A stretch of DNA of 64,000 bases from the NCBI GenBank assembly GCA_963708075.1, contig OY970194.1, positions 4,896,001 through 4,960,000 on the forward strand, read 5' to 3'. The notes under the pieces were generated by a model, which saw only the letters and a program-made list of their open reading frames with translations, was not told the DNA's origin and did not search any database. The position numbers were made by a program, and so were the translations under genes. Below, in pieces: positions 40,428 through 50,712 of this stretch (position 1 is the first letter of the stretch; each line of letters opens with the position of its first letter). This DNA comes from Sedimentisphaerales bacterium. GTDB taxonomy: Bacteria; Planctomycetota; Phycisphaerae; Sedimentisphaerales; Anaerobacaceae.

Positions 40428-43158
40428 TTAGAACCGCACCTGGATCTCGCACGGCTGGGTCAGCGTGATCGCGAGCATGTGCTGGCCGGGGTTGAAATGG
40501 GCCTGCGCCTCGCGCGGGACAGGGCGTATTGCCGCGATCGCGGGCGTGATCTGCGTCGTCATCACGGCCGCGGGCTTCTGGTCCACGCCGGCGAGCAGGA
40601 CGTAGTACGGGTTTTTGCCCCAGCCGTCGACGGTGAAGGTGACGGAATCGCGTGCTTCGCGGAGGTTGCGAATGGCACAGGGGGCATGGATGAACCAGCT
40701 CTTCGTCGCCAGCTTGCGCACGTCGTACAGCCGGCCCTTGTCGAAGAGCTCGGGGACATGGGCCTGGACAGTGCCCGGGTTGATGGCGGGGCCGCCTCGG
40801 AGCTGGGGCTGTAACTCGAAGACATCCGGCAGCAGGCCCTGGCGCTTGGCGTCACTGACGGGCCAGGTCATCTGAAGACCTGTGGCTGTGATGCCTTTGG
40901 CAATCGTCTCCCAGGGACCATCCTTGTCATATTGGCTGAGCAGGTGCAGGGCGGAGGCATAGACCAGGCCGCACCACTGGACGGGCCGGCCGAACCAGGA
41001 TCGGGGCCTGCCAGTTCGTCGCGCCGAGCACGGCGATCGTCGCGTATGGGCCGATCTCGCCGGCCGTCGGATTGATCAGGTACACGAATGGCACGCCGGT
41101 CCACGCCCAGTAGCGGGCCTGCTCCAGGTGCTCCGACTTGCCCGAGAGGAGGTAGCCGAGCGTGTACGCCCGGACCATGTACGCCGAGGCGAGGATGTCC
41201 GGCGTGTGCAGCGGAACTTCCCACGTCTGTGCCCCGCGCGGCACCGTGTTCGCATAGAGCGCCGTCTGCTTGTCCAGCAGCGCCAGACCCTGCCCGATCA
41301 ACTGCGGGTCCGCCGACATCGTCGCCGCCTCCAGGATTTGTGCGACGTCCACGCCCGCCAGGCCGTTGGCGTGCTTGGCGAAATGGGTCTTGCCGTAATC
41401 GACGTCGCCCGGCTGGTAGAGCTTGACGCCCTTGTCGTCGAAGTGCCGGAGCAATCCCTTCGCCTCCTCCTGTCGCTGCTGGATGTATGGGTAAACGCCT
41501 CCAAAGACGAACGGGGCCGTCGGCGTGCGCGTGTGCGAGACGGTGCTGATGTAGGGTTGGCCCTTCGGCATCTTCGTGACGGCCAGGTCCCGCGCCTGCA
41601 CAAGCCTGCGGACGAGGTCCCGGTCCTGCGCCTGATTCGCCAGCCAGTCGATGTACATGATGGCGTCGCCGGCGGGCGCCGCCTTGAAGCTCTCGCCCCA
41701 CACCGCGTGACGGAAGATCCCGCCCTCATTGATCGTCGAATCCAGCCAGCCATGAGCCAGCAGCGTCACCGCCGCATCGAGCCCGCCCGTGAATGTGGGC
41801 ATCGCCGGCAAGCCGCGGAGCGCCACGTACTCCTGCACGGCCGGGATGATCGTCGCACCCTTACCGCCGATGATGATCGCCCGCATGCGAATCGGCTCGT
41901 TCGCCCGCAATCGCAGCGGCGTGTGCGCAACCTGCTCGTTTTCAAACCGCCTGTCGCCCACGGCCGGACCGGTCAACGCCATCACATGCGCGCCCGACCC
42001 GTAGATCTTGTCAGGCGAGTCGAACACAGGCGCGACCATCCCCGACGGCTCCCACACAAGCCCGACGTACCGGCCGTCATGCGCAATCGCCATCAGCGGA
42101 AACGTCACCTTCACCGGATCGGGCACCCGGCGGATGTGCTCGGCCGTCGTGATGTCCGCGTCACTGCTGCTCGGCTCATCCTCCAAGTACTCCAGCCCCG
42201 CGAACAATCCCTGCGTCTTTCGCTCGCCGAACGTCCCCACCCCGGGAAAGAGCGTCAGCCAGGGCAGGTGAATGATGTCCCTGTTCTGGTCAACGACAAA
42301 CTCGGTTTCCACAAGGATCGACCCGTCGACCGGCCCCGGCTCGAATCGCCGCGTCACCGTCCACTTGGCCCCGCCGTTGTCTCTCAGGTCTGTGACATGA
42401 GAGAAGGCTCGGCCTTCTATGTGTATGGACGAGGATTTATTGCTGTTCAGACGGAGCCATTGCGGCTGATCGTTGATGATCATGCCGATCTGCTCCCCCT
42501 TGTAGCCGGCGGCCATCTCCTGCCCATCCACTCGGACGACGAAGTCGCCCACGCCGTCTCGATAGTCCGTGACCATCAAATCCCCCGAGATGACGAACTC
42601 CGGCCCGATGTCGCCTGCGCGAGGCCGCACGGGCTTTTCCCACTGCGGCGGCGGCACCGGCGCGAGGACCTCGACCTCGATGGAGGCGACGACGATCTGC
42701 CCTTCGCTCGTGGCTGGGTCCAGGCGAAATCGCGTGCCCGCTCCGAGCCGCTCCGGGATGACAAGGAAGTAGTCGTGCCACTGGCCATCGCTGTTCACGG
42801 TGAATCGGACGGAATGCCCCGCCTGGAACGTGCGGCCGTAGAACAGTTCGCCGCCCGTGTCGGCGTCCGACTTCATCCGCACTCGCACGCGCACCGTTCC
42901 CTCGCCCGGCAGATCGACCGCCGGCCCTTCGATCCACGGATCGATCCCCGTGGACCGAAACGCCAACCCTTCCGCGGTTGCCGTCAGGCCTTCCGTGTAG
43001 TTGTTCCCCTGCCAGCCCTGCAGCCCCATGGCAAACGCCCAGGCCACGAGCGTCTTGCCGTACACGGTCGCGGGAGCCGACACGACGAAAAGCAGAGCGA
43101 TCAGGCGGAAGCTGCCCTTCAAGATCGGCTTGCAGGTCGTATTTGCCTCGATTGTCAT
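40428..43158 (-). CDS. Large secreted hypothetical protein, possibly carbohydrate-active (apparent indel near 40990)
   Basis: 743-aa ORF continues in a shifted frame as WFGRPVQWCGLVYA...GLQMTWP into the 40428-40871 ORF; signal peptide; N-terminal CBM-like segment. Confidence 0.75.
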
Positions 43159-43253
43159 AGCGAAAGACCTCCGATTGGCATCAGGTATTTTCTCCTGTCA
43201 TATTCGCAGCAGGTCCATGTGAACCCGACGTGCGAAGTAGTATAATGATCTCC

Positions 43254-44336
43254 ATGACTCTCGAACAGGAGATTAAAGACAAGGGGCGGGAGCTGGGTTT
43301 CGAGGCGGTCGGCATCACCGACGCCTCGCCGATCGGCCGGGAACACGTCGAGCATCTCCAGGAGTGGCTGCGACGAGGCTGCGCCGGACGCATGGACTAC
43401 ATGCATCGCAACCTGGACAAACGCATCGACCCGTCCCAGCTTCGCAAAGGCGCCAAATCCGTGATCGTCGTCGCGCTCAACTACAAGATTGCGGATTGCG
43501 GACTGCGGAGGGCGGATTATGCATCGCAGCGTGATTCTGCCGGCGGTGCGGCAGCCGCGGCCCCGGCCTCCGGCCGCCAATCTGAAATCTCAAATCTGAA
43601 ATTCGAAATCGCCCCGGCCTGCGGCCCTCAATCTCAAATCCAGAATCTGAAATCTGAAATCCCTCCTCGCGGCAAGGTCGCGGCCTACGCCCAATACGAG
43701 GACTACCACACGTTCATCAAGTCGCTGCTGCGCGAGCTGGCGAGCTTCCTGAGCGTGCGTGCAGGCCGCGCCGACCGCTACAAAATCTGTGTGGACTCGG
43801 CCCCGCTGGCGGAGAAGGCACTGGCCGTCCGCGCGGGACTCGGCTTCATCGGGCGAAACCACCTGCTCATCCATCCGCAGCTCGGCCCGCCGCTCCTGCT
43901 CGGCGAGCTGCTGACGACGCTGCCCCTGCAGCCGGACGAGCCGCATGAGGGCGCATGCCAAGACTGCGACCGCTGCATCCAGGCCTGTCCCGCCGGCGCC
44001 CTGCAGCCGGACGGATTCCTCGACGCGAGCAAATGCATCAGTGGCCTGACGCAGTACCCCTCGCCGTCCGAGCCCGCGCCGGACACCCACGGCCGGCTCT
44101 TCGGCTGCGACGAATGCCTCCTGGCCTGTCCCTTCCACCAGCAGGCCCCCGCCCGCACCAATCGCCAATTCAAGTTTCACCCCGACCGAGCCGCCCTCGA
44201 CCTCCGCGAAGTCCTGGCCCTCGATCGCCGGACCTTCGAAGCCCGATTCGCCGACTCCCCAATCAAGCGCCTCGGCCTCGAACCCCTCCAGCAAACCGCC
44301 CGCGCCTGCCTCCAGACCGCTGAGGACCGAACGTAG
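43254..44336 (+). CDS. queG: Epoxyqueuosine reductase with an in-frame repeat-derived insertion
   Basis: MDYM, DYH, CVDSAP, AGLGFIGRN, CxxCxxCxxxCP, GCDECLLACP. Confidence 0.92.
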   Translation: MTLEQEIKDKGRELGFEAVGITDASPIGREHVEHLQEWLRRGCAGRMDYMHRNLDKRIDPSQLRKGAKSVIVVALNYKIADCGLRRADYASQRDSAGGAAAAAPASGRQSEISNLKFEIAPACGPQSQIQNLKSEIPPRGKVAAYAQYEDYHTFIKSLLRELASFLSVRAGRADRYKICVDSAPLAEKALAVRAGLGFIGRNHLLIHPQLGPPLLLGELLTTLPLQPDEPHEGACQDCDRCIQACPAGALQPDGFLDASKCISGLTQYPSPSEPAPDTHGRLFGCDECLLACPFHQQAPARTNRQFKFHPDRAALDLREVLALDRRTFEARFADSPIKRLGLEPLQQTARACLQTAEDRT

Positions 44337-44385
44337 GAAGGTGAGAACCGCTCCGCATTCCGAACTCCGCACTCGGGAACCGCCT

Positions 44386-45800
44386 GGGTGTGGTCGGAAT
44401 TCGGTGGCAATCGGCGAGCCTCTTCGTAGGTCATGCGTCCCCGCACGACCAGTCCGGGCCCTTGCAACGGACTGGATACTGTACAAGACCACAGCCGAAA
44501 GAGGACGAGCGAGGACGCTCGTCCTACGCGGAGCCCCGAATCCGCCACCGAATGGCGGCCGCATCGCTCCCCGACGGGCGTAAGACAAAAAAGTGGCAGT
44601 CGGGCCGGGTGGCAGCGTCAAGCGCAGCTTGGCGATGGTTTGCTTGGGATGCGGTGCAACCATCGCCAAGGCCTACGGCCTTGACGCTGCCACCCAGAAC
44701 TTGGTGCTTGCTCTCCCACAATCTTGTCGTGCACTCTCCCCCAGGGTGTGGTCGGAATTCGGTGGCGGCGTGTAGCCGCCGTGTGCGGACTGCGCCTCTT
44801 TCGTCCCTTACGGGACTGGCTTTTGTCCTCGGCCCCGGTTCCCCAGCGATAAATCGCTGGGCTATTCTCTATCGCCCTGCGGGCTTGGACAGCACCCGAC
44901 GGGTCGATTACCATCCCGCAGGCGTTGCGGCTATTGGCTATCGCCCTGCGGGCTTGGACTTCGCTCCAGTCCTCTCGCGTCGGCCCGTCCGCCCCACGGG
45001 GGCGATCGACACTAGCCCACCGTTTCGTACGTGTTTAGCCTGGACGCGCCCAGTCCTGGGTGGCACGGGCAAACTTGTTTGCCCGTGGGGTCTCGATTGA
45101 CCAGACTCGGTCGAATGAGCACCGTCAAACGAGTTTGGCGGTGCCACCCGGCGAACGGCGGGCTTCACGCTAAACACGTACAGCGATCAGTCGCTGGGCT
45201 ATTCTCTATCGCCCTCCGGGCTTGGACTTCGCTCCAGTCCTCTTGCGTCGGCCCGTCCGCCCCACGGGGGCGATCGACACTAGCCCACCGTTTCAACGGT
45301 GGGTACGATAGTCAATCCTATCTCAAAGCCCCGTAGGGGCGAAAGAAGACTGGGCTGCGCTCTTGCGTCGGGTGCAATCCGAATCCGCCACCGAAGGCCG
45401 ACCGCACCCCCAAGGCCCCAAGGCCCGGGTGCGGTCGGAATATGGTGGCAGTCCACGCCGCTCTTCGTAGGGCGAACGTCCCCGTTCGCCCCTGAGGAGC
45501 ACGGGCAATCGCTCAAACCGTCGTGCGAAGACGCACGACAAGGGGGGACGAGCGAGGACGCTCATCCTACGCCGAGGCTCAAATCCGCCACCGTATGGCG
45601 ACCGCACCCAACCGCCCCGCCGATCCGGGGTGCACGACAAAAAAGTGGCACTCGATCCGGGTGGCAGCGTCAAGGCCGAAGGCCTTGGCGATGGTTATGC
45701 TGCGTCCGAGGCAGGCCATCGCCAAGCTGCGCTTGACGCTGCCACCCAAGAGTCTCATCCTCGCTCTGCCACAATCTTGTCGTACACCCCCGATCCGGAA
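44386..45800. repeat. ~1.4-kb mosaic of nested palindromic repeats and MITEs
   Basis: Two family A copies, MITE copies, a duplicated TCGCTGGGCTATTCTCTATCGCCCT..GGGCTTGGAC block and a duplicated CGTCGGCCCGTCCGCCCCACGGGGGCGATCGACACTAGCCCACCGTTTC block; no credible ORF. Confidence 0.85.
45427..45609 (+). mobile_element. 183-bp MITE-like element with GGGTGCGGTCG terminal inverted repeats
   Basis: Near-identical inverted copy at 55209-55391; degenerate relatives at ~44386-44570 and ~22420-22500. Confidence 0.8.
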
Positions 45801-45815
45801 TTCCGTACTCTGTTG

Positions 45816-45845
45816 TTGACAACTCGCACCGGGCCCGAGTAGAAT
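45816..45845 (+). promoter_or_regulatory. Sigma70 promoter
   Basis: TTGACA-18-TAGAAT. Confidence 0.55.
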
Positions 45846-45975
45846 CAAGACTGATTGGCACGTCTGAGGCGGTGACGCACGGAGGTCTTCGTCGCCCTGT
45901 CACGGCAGGAGGCCGCACGGTGGGTGTTTCAGTCCCGATGCAACGAGGCGCATCCTGGGACAGGAGGAGTGAGAA

Positions 45976-46533
45976 ATGTGCAGCGTGCGTGGCAATTCCG
46001 GACTCGTTCTCGTGTGCGCCATGATTCTTTGCACGACGGCCGCGGTCCGCGCTCAGGACCTCCAGGTCTCGCCGATGAGCTGGGACTTCGGCAATGTGGC
46101 CGTGGGCAGCTCCGAGATGGTGACCTTCGACCTCCTGGCCGGCTGGCCGACGGCCGTATGGGTGTACGTCGTTTCCCTCCACGAGACTCCCACTCCCAAT
46201 CCGCCCTACGCCAGTCCGGACGATCCACTCTCCCCCTCCTGGTCGCTGGGGGCATTCTCCTTCAATCCCGCGACATGGCCGATCTTGCCCGTGGAACACC
46301 CGGTCGGCAACCACATCTATGTCGACGTGATCTTCACGCCGCCCGCCCCGGGCGACTACCAGGCCTACCTGTTCATCCAGAGTAACGATTCGATCCTTCC
46401 GCCGGGCCCGCACGCGTTCTTCCCGGTGCAAGGCACGGGCGTTCCGGCCGTCGTCCCCGCCCCCGGCGCCGGTGTCCTCGCCCTCCTCGGCCTCAGCGCC
46501 GTCGGCTGGCTGCGCCGCCGCAGAACCCTGTAA
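45976..46533 (+). CDS. PEP-CTERM-like (VPAPG) sorted protein with ASH/choice-of-anchor-D-like Ig domain
   Basis: AGGAGG RBS; signal; VSPMSWDFGNVAVG...FTP...IQSND; VPAPGAGVLALLG...WLRRRR. Confidence 0.85.
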   Translation: MCSVRGNSGLVLVCAMILCTTAAVRAQDLQVSPMSWDFGNVAVGSSEMVTFDLLAGWPTAVWVYVVSLHETPTPNPPYASPDDPLSPSWSLGAFSFNPATWPILPVEHPVGNHIYVDVIFTPPAPGDYQAYLFIQSNDSILPPGPHAFFPVQGTGVPAVVPAPGAGVLALLGLSAVGWLRRRRTL

Positions 46534-46888
46534 CGCCGTACTACAACCGCGCCCGGCCCGTAGGGGCGAATCATCATTCGCCCGCGCATCCTTCATGTCA
46601 TTGCGAGTCCCTGCGCCGCTGCGCGGCTGGTGTCGGGAAGAAACGAGATGGTTTGGGTGCCATGCTTACGCTCGCGTAAGCATGCCTTACCCATCGATCG
46701 GATTGCGGATTGAAGAAGGGAGGGCGCGGCAGGGGCCCGACTGCGGATTGGGACGGGAAGTGTGAAGTCTGAGGTTTGAAGTAAGAAGGAGGGGGCACGG
46801 ATGGGGTCCTGATAGGCCGGATCGGACCGATGCTTGGAGGGGGTGCGGAAAGGGTGGAAAATGCCGTTAAACCTTATGAAAACCGGGT

Positions 46889-46917
46889 TTGCAATCCTCG
46901 CACCGGGGTCTTATAAT
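46889..46917 (+). promoter_or_regulatory. Sigma70 promoter of the ECF operon
   Basis: TTGCAA-17-TATAAT. Confidence 0.65.
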
Positions 46918-46936
46918 GGCGTACGGAATGGAAAGA

Positions 46937-47554
46937 ATGTTTATGAAGCGTACATTTGAAAAATTGAGCGATGCGGAGCTTCTGGAACGCTATAAGGAGG
47001 GCGACGAGGGGGCGTTTCGGGAGATTGTAAACCGTTATAGGAACAGTCTTTATGCGTTCCTCAAGCAGTTTTTGAACCAGCCGGACCTCGTGGAGGATGT
47101 GTTCCAGGAGACGTTTTTGCAGCTTTTCACCAGCCGGGAGAGCTTCGATCCGAGCCGGCCGCTGCGGCCGTGGCTGTTTACCATCGCGGCGAATAAGGCG
47201 AAAGATGCCCTGCGCAAGAGCCAAAGGACGAGTGCCGTGCCGATCGGGACTATGACCGAGGGCGAGGATATGTCCTTCGACGAGGTGCTTAACGCCCTTG
47301 CGTCCGATACGGCGGTGCCCTACGACGAGGTCGAACGCAACGAAACCGCCGAGCAGGTCAGCGACATCATCGCCAACATGCCGGAAAACCTTCGCGAAAT
47401 TCTCGTCTTGGCCTATTTCAATCGATTTTCCTACAAACAAATGGCCGACATTCTCGCTATACCTATTGGCACCGTCAAGAGCAGGCTCCATACAGCCGTG
47501 GCGAGGTTTGCCAAGGACTGGAAAGCATCAGTTGGGAGTAAAGAGGTCAAATGA
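46937..47554 (+). CDS. ECF RNA polymerase sigma factor
   Basis: SDAELL, EDVFQETFL, PWLFTIAAN, GTVKSRLH. Confidence 0.95.
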   Translation: MFMKRTFEKLSDAELLERYKEGDEGAFREIVNRYRNSLYAFLKQFLNQPDLVEDVFQETFLQLFTSRESFDPSRPLRPWLFTIAANKAKDALRKSQRTSAVPIGTMTEGEDMSFDEVLNALASDTAVPYDEVERNETAEQVSDIIANMPENLREILVLAYFNRFSYKQMADILAIPIGTVKSRLHTAVARFAKDWKASVGSKEVK

Positions 47555-48597
47555 CGCCGTTAAGTGACGCCCAAAAGCAGTTGCTGTTTGATTACTCTTT
47601 TGGCCTGACGTCCGACCGTGACACCTCGGAAGCGGAAGACCTGCTATCCACAAGTCCCGAGGCCGCACAACTCTGCGACCTGCTCCAATCAGCCCTGTCG
47701 CCCCTCGAAAGCGTGGACCCGGAGCCCTGTCCCGACGACCTCGCCGAGCGGACCATCCAGCGACTCAAGGACCAAGCCCGACTCGCCGTCGGCCCCGCCC
47801 GCCTCGAAGAATTACTCTCCGCCGAGCCCGCCCCGGCCGTCCCGCTCCGTGTCCCCTTCTGGCACAACTGGAGCGAGATCGCCGCAATCGCCGCCGTCCT
47901 GCTTCTATTCATCAGCATCCTGATGCCCGCCCTCGGCCTGGCCCGCCAGCGTCACTGGCAGTCCCAGTGCCAGTCCCAGCACGGCGACATCTACGCCGGC
48001 CTGGCCAACTACGTCACCGACCACGACGGCCAATTCCCGACCGTCCCCATGGCCCAGGGCGGACCCTGGTGGAAGGTCGGCACCCAGGGCCCCGAGAACC
48101 AGTCCAACACCCGCCGGGCATGGCTCCTCGTCAAGCAGGGCTATGTCCCCCTGCCCGCCTTCACCTGCCCCGCCCGCCGCGACACCGGCCGCCCCGACCC
48201 CAAGTCCGTCCAGGTCGCCCGCTACAACGATTTCCCCGCCCGCTCCTTCATGCACTACAGCGTCCGCATCGACGGCCCGCAGACCCCCGAGCCCACCCTC
48301 GGCCGAAAGAAAGTCTTCCTCGCAGACCTCAACCCGCTCTCCGAGGAATTCCCGCGCGACATCTCGACCATCCCGAGCATCGAGCTGCGTGACAGCCTCC
48401 TGAAGGCCAACAGCCGCAACCACAACGGCCGCGGCCAGAACGTCCTGCTCTGTGACGGCTCCGTCGAATTCTGCCGAACCCGCCGCACCAGCACCTCCGA
48501 CGACGACATCTTCACGCTCCGAACGATGTCCACCGGCCAAAAAGTCCACGGCGTAGAACGCCCCGCCTCCGAAGACGACACCTTCGTCGGACCGTAA
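47551..48597 (+). CDS. Putative anti-sigma factor with a DUF1559-like / H-X9-DG extracytoplasmic domain
   Basis: ATGA overlap with the sigma gene; N-terminal LFDY...PCPDDLAERT; TM ending in ILMPALGLAR...C; FTCPA; HNGRGQNVLLCDG. Confidence 0.75.
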   Translation: MTPLSDAQKQLLFDYSFGLTSDRDTSEAEDLLSTSPEAAQLCDLLQSALSPLESVDPEPCPDDLAERTIQRLKDQARLAVGPARLEELLSAEPAPAVPLRVPFWHNWSEIAAIAAVLLLFISILMPALGLARQRHWQSQCQSQHGDIYAGLANYVTDHDGQFPTVPMAQGGPWWKVGTQGPENQSNTRRAWLLVKQGYVPLPAFTCPARRDTGRPDPKSVQVARYNDFPARSFMHYSVRIDGPQTPEPTLGRKKVFLADLNPLSEEFPRDISTIPSIELRDSLLKANSRNHNGRGQNVLLCDGSVEFCRTRRTSTSDDDIFTLRTMSTGQKVHGVERPASEDDTFVGP

Positions 48598-48738
48598 CGC
48601 GACCGCCCACGCCCGAGCTCCCAATCCGCAATCCGAAATCAACATTCCGCAATCGGAACGTCCCCGCTCCGCCCTCCCACTTCAAACATCAAACCTCAAA
48701 CTTCACACTTCCTTTCCCATTCCGCACTCCAAACGGCC

Positions 48739-48810
48739 ATGTCCACTGGCCAAAAAGTCCGCGGCACAGAGCGCCCGTCCTCCGACACGGATACCTTTGT
48801 GGCCCCCTGA
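48739..48810 (+). repeat. Diverged second copy of the last 24 codons of the 47551-48597 gene
   Basis: MSTGQKVRGTERPSSDTDTFVAP-stop versus MSTGQKVHGVERPASEDDTFVGP-stop (48526-48597). Confidence 0.9.
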
Positions 48811-48988
48811 AGGGGTGGCGCATGGCCGAAGGTAAGAGGGTAAGAACGTAGGAAGCGGGACGCCCGGGAAACGGCTCAGGGCTTTGAATTAACGATTGAA
48901 AGGTCCACGCAGCTCGTTAGAATGAGATGCCAGACAAGGATCGCAAGGAGAAGGTCACCTCCGTGGCACGCTCCGCGATGACAGACTA

Positions 48989-50701
48989 ATGGTGCATCGA
49001 TGCGCATGTGGAAGCCTAAGCAGGAGGCTGGATAGTTTGAAGCACGTGGAGTTTTTACGGGAGAATGGATCGTGCGTGGCCGAGCACGGCAGGAAGAGCA
49101 TTCTGACGCGTACGCAGGGGTCATTCTACACGCATCCGACCATAGGACATCATCTAATATCTGCGATCTTGGATGTAGATCGACCCTTCGTTGAGAAAGG
49201 ATCGTTTTCAATAATCGACCCCTTCTGTGGGGACGGTCGCCTTGTATGCTGGCTCTTGGACGCAATTGCGAGAGGCGGTGCAAGGGTATCCAGTCAGGTA
49301 ACCGTCGAGCTTTGGGATTGCGATGCGAGCGCACTCGCGATTGCACGGAAACAAGTCAAGGCAACGGCATTATCACGCAATATACCTCTCGCATTGGTTG
49401 CTCGCCATTGTGATGCGTTTACCAGGGGACCCCGCTATCACGGCAGATATGACATAGTAGTAACCAATCCGCCGTGGGATGTTCTCAAGCCTGATCGCAG
49501 GGAACTCCTGGATTTAGACACGAGCGCAAATGCCGGGTACATTCGGAACTTGGGGGATCAGCAAGCCTATCTTGAGAGCCAGTACCCCGTCTCAAGACCC
49601 GCTCAACGATTCTCGCGTTGGGGCCTGAACCTCGCTAGGTGTGGAACAGAACTGGCGTTCCGACTCGCGTCACCAAACGGTATCGTAGGCATCGTTTCTC
49701 CAGCGTCACTTCTCGCAGACCAAGTTTCCGAGCAACTCAGAAGGTGGATCTTGTGTAATCACTTGATCACAGATGTCGGTTACTTCCCCGCTGAGTGTCG
49801 ACTATTCGAAGGTGTGGACCAACCTGCGATCACGCTCGTTGCTCTCTGCAAGCAACCCGAGATTCCCACGGTCTTCTCCGCAATAGTGACGAAGTACACA
49901 CGTGATGCGCAGGTTAGAGAGCGAGGCAGAGTGAAGGTTCCACTCTCAGCAGTGGCGAATATGGGTCATATTCTCCCGGTGCATTTCTCCGGTGCTGCAG
50001 TGGATTTCTTGTCATACTGGTCAAGATTTCCTTCTTTCTTCCAGATTGAAAGGGCCGCAGACGGGTTCTATGCGGGCCGAGAACTAGATGAAACGCGATC
50101 GGAAACGTACCTATCGGATCGTGGAAGGTATTCGTTCATAAAAGGTCGAATGGTAGATCGATTCAGGCTCCTGAACGGATCGGTCAGGTATGTCAGAACT
50201 GAGTTAGTACGAATTCCAAAGTCCGTCGAATTTACCAGGGTGGCTTGGAGAGATGTGTCCCGTCCCACGCAGAAGCGCAGGATGCAGGCCACGCTCATCC
50301 CTCCCGGGTGCGTGACTGGCAATTCGCTGAACATCTTATATTTTTCTCCGCCCGCAGATAACAGATTGTATGCACTTCTCGGCATCATGAACTCGCTGGT
50401 ATTTGAGTTCCAACTACGGACGTTCTCCGCAACAGCTCATGTATCCCTAGGGTCAGTCCGAAAGGTGCACCTTCCATGGCCACTCTCGTCAAACCGTTTC
50501 TCAAGAATAGCGGCGATCTGCGAGCGGTGCCTGCAAGGGGATCAACGAAGTGAAGTTGCCATGGAGATCTATGTTGCACGCCTGTATGGCCTCAGCCGGC
50601 GTAGATTTGAGAGCATCCTCGGCTCGTTCGACAAGCTCAGCGAAACGGAGCGTGGCGAGTTGCTCCAACGCGACACTTGGGATGCACTTGGAGATGAATA
50701 A
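48989..50701 (+). CDS. N6-adenine DNA methyltransferase, Alw26I/Eco31I/Esp3I-like
   Basis: GSFYT, DPFCGDGRL, TNPPW, LKPD, GRELDETR, NSLVFEFQ; start uncertain. Confidence 0.85.
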   Translation: MVHRCACGSLSRRLDSLKHVEFLRENGSCVAEHGRKSILTRTQGSFYTHPTIGHHLISAILDVDRPFVEKGSFSIIDPFCGDGRLVCWLLDAIARGGARVSSQVTVELWDCDASALAIARKQVKATALSRNIPLALVARHCDAFTRGPRYHGRYDIVVTNPPWDVLKPDRRELLDLDTSANAGYIRNLGDQQAYLESQYPVSRPAQRFSRWGLNLARCGTELAFRLASPNGIVGIVSPASLLADQVSEQLRRWILCNHLITDVGYFPAECRLFEGVDQPAITLVALCKQPEIPTVFSAIVTKYTRDAQVRERGRVKVPLSAVANMGHILPVHFSGAAVDFLSYWSRFPSFFQIERAADGFYAGRELDETRSETYLSDRGRYSFIKGRMVDRFRLLNGSVRYVRTELVRIPKSVEFTRVAWRDVSRPTQKRRMQATLIPPGCVTGNSLNILYFSPPADNRLYALLGIMNSLVFEFQLRTFSATAHVSLGSVRKVHLPWPLSSNRFSRIAAICERCLQGDQRSEVAMEIYVARLYGLSRRRFESILGSFDKLSETERGELLQRDTWDALGDE

Positions 50702-50712
50702 TAGGTGACCTG

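Noticed and set aside
37855..43158. Five separate genes as suggested by the ORF track
   Set aside because: The fragments join in register into two proteins once single-base indels are allowed.
44386..45800. CRISPR array
   Set aside because: Repeats are long, heterogeneous, nested palindromes without constant-length repeat-spacer periodicity; no cas genes are present.
48526..48810. Diversity-generating retroelement VR/TR pair
   Set aside because: Mismatches are not adenine-specific (many C/T and C/G third-position changes), and there is no reverse transcriptase in the window.
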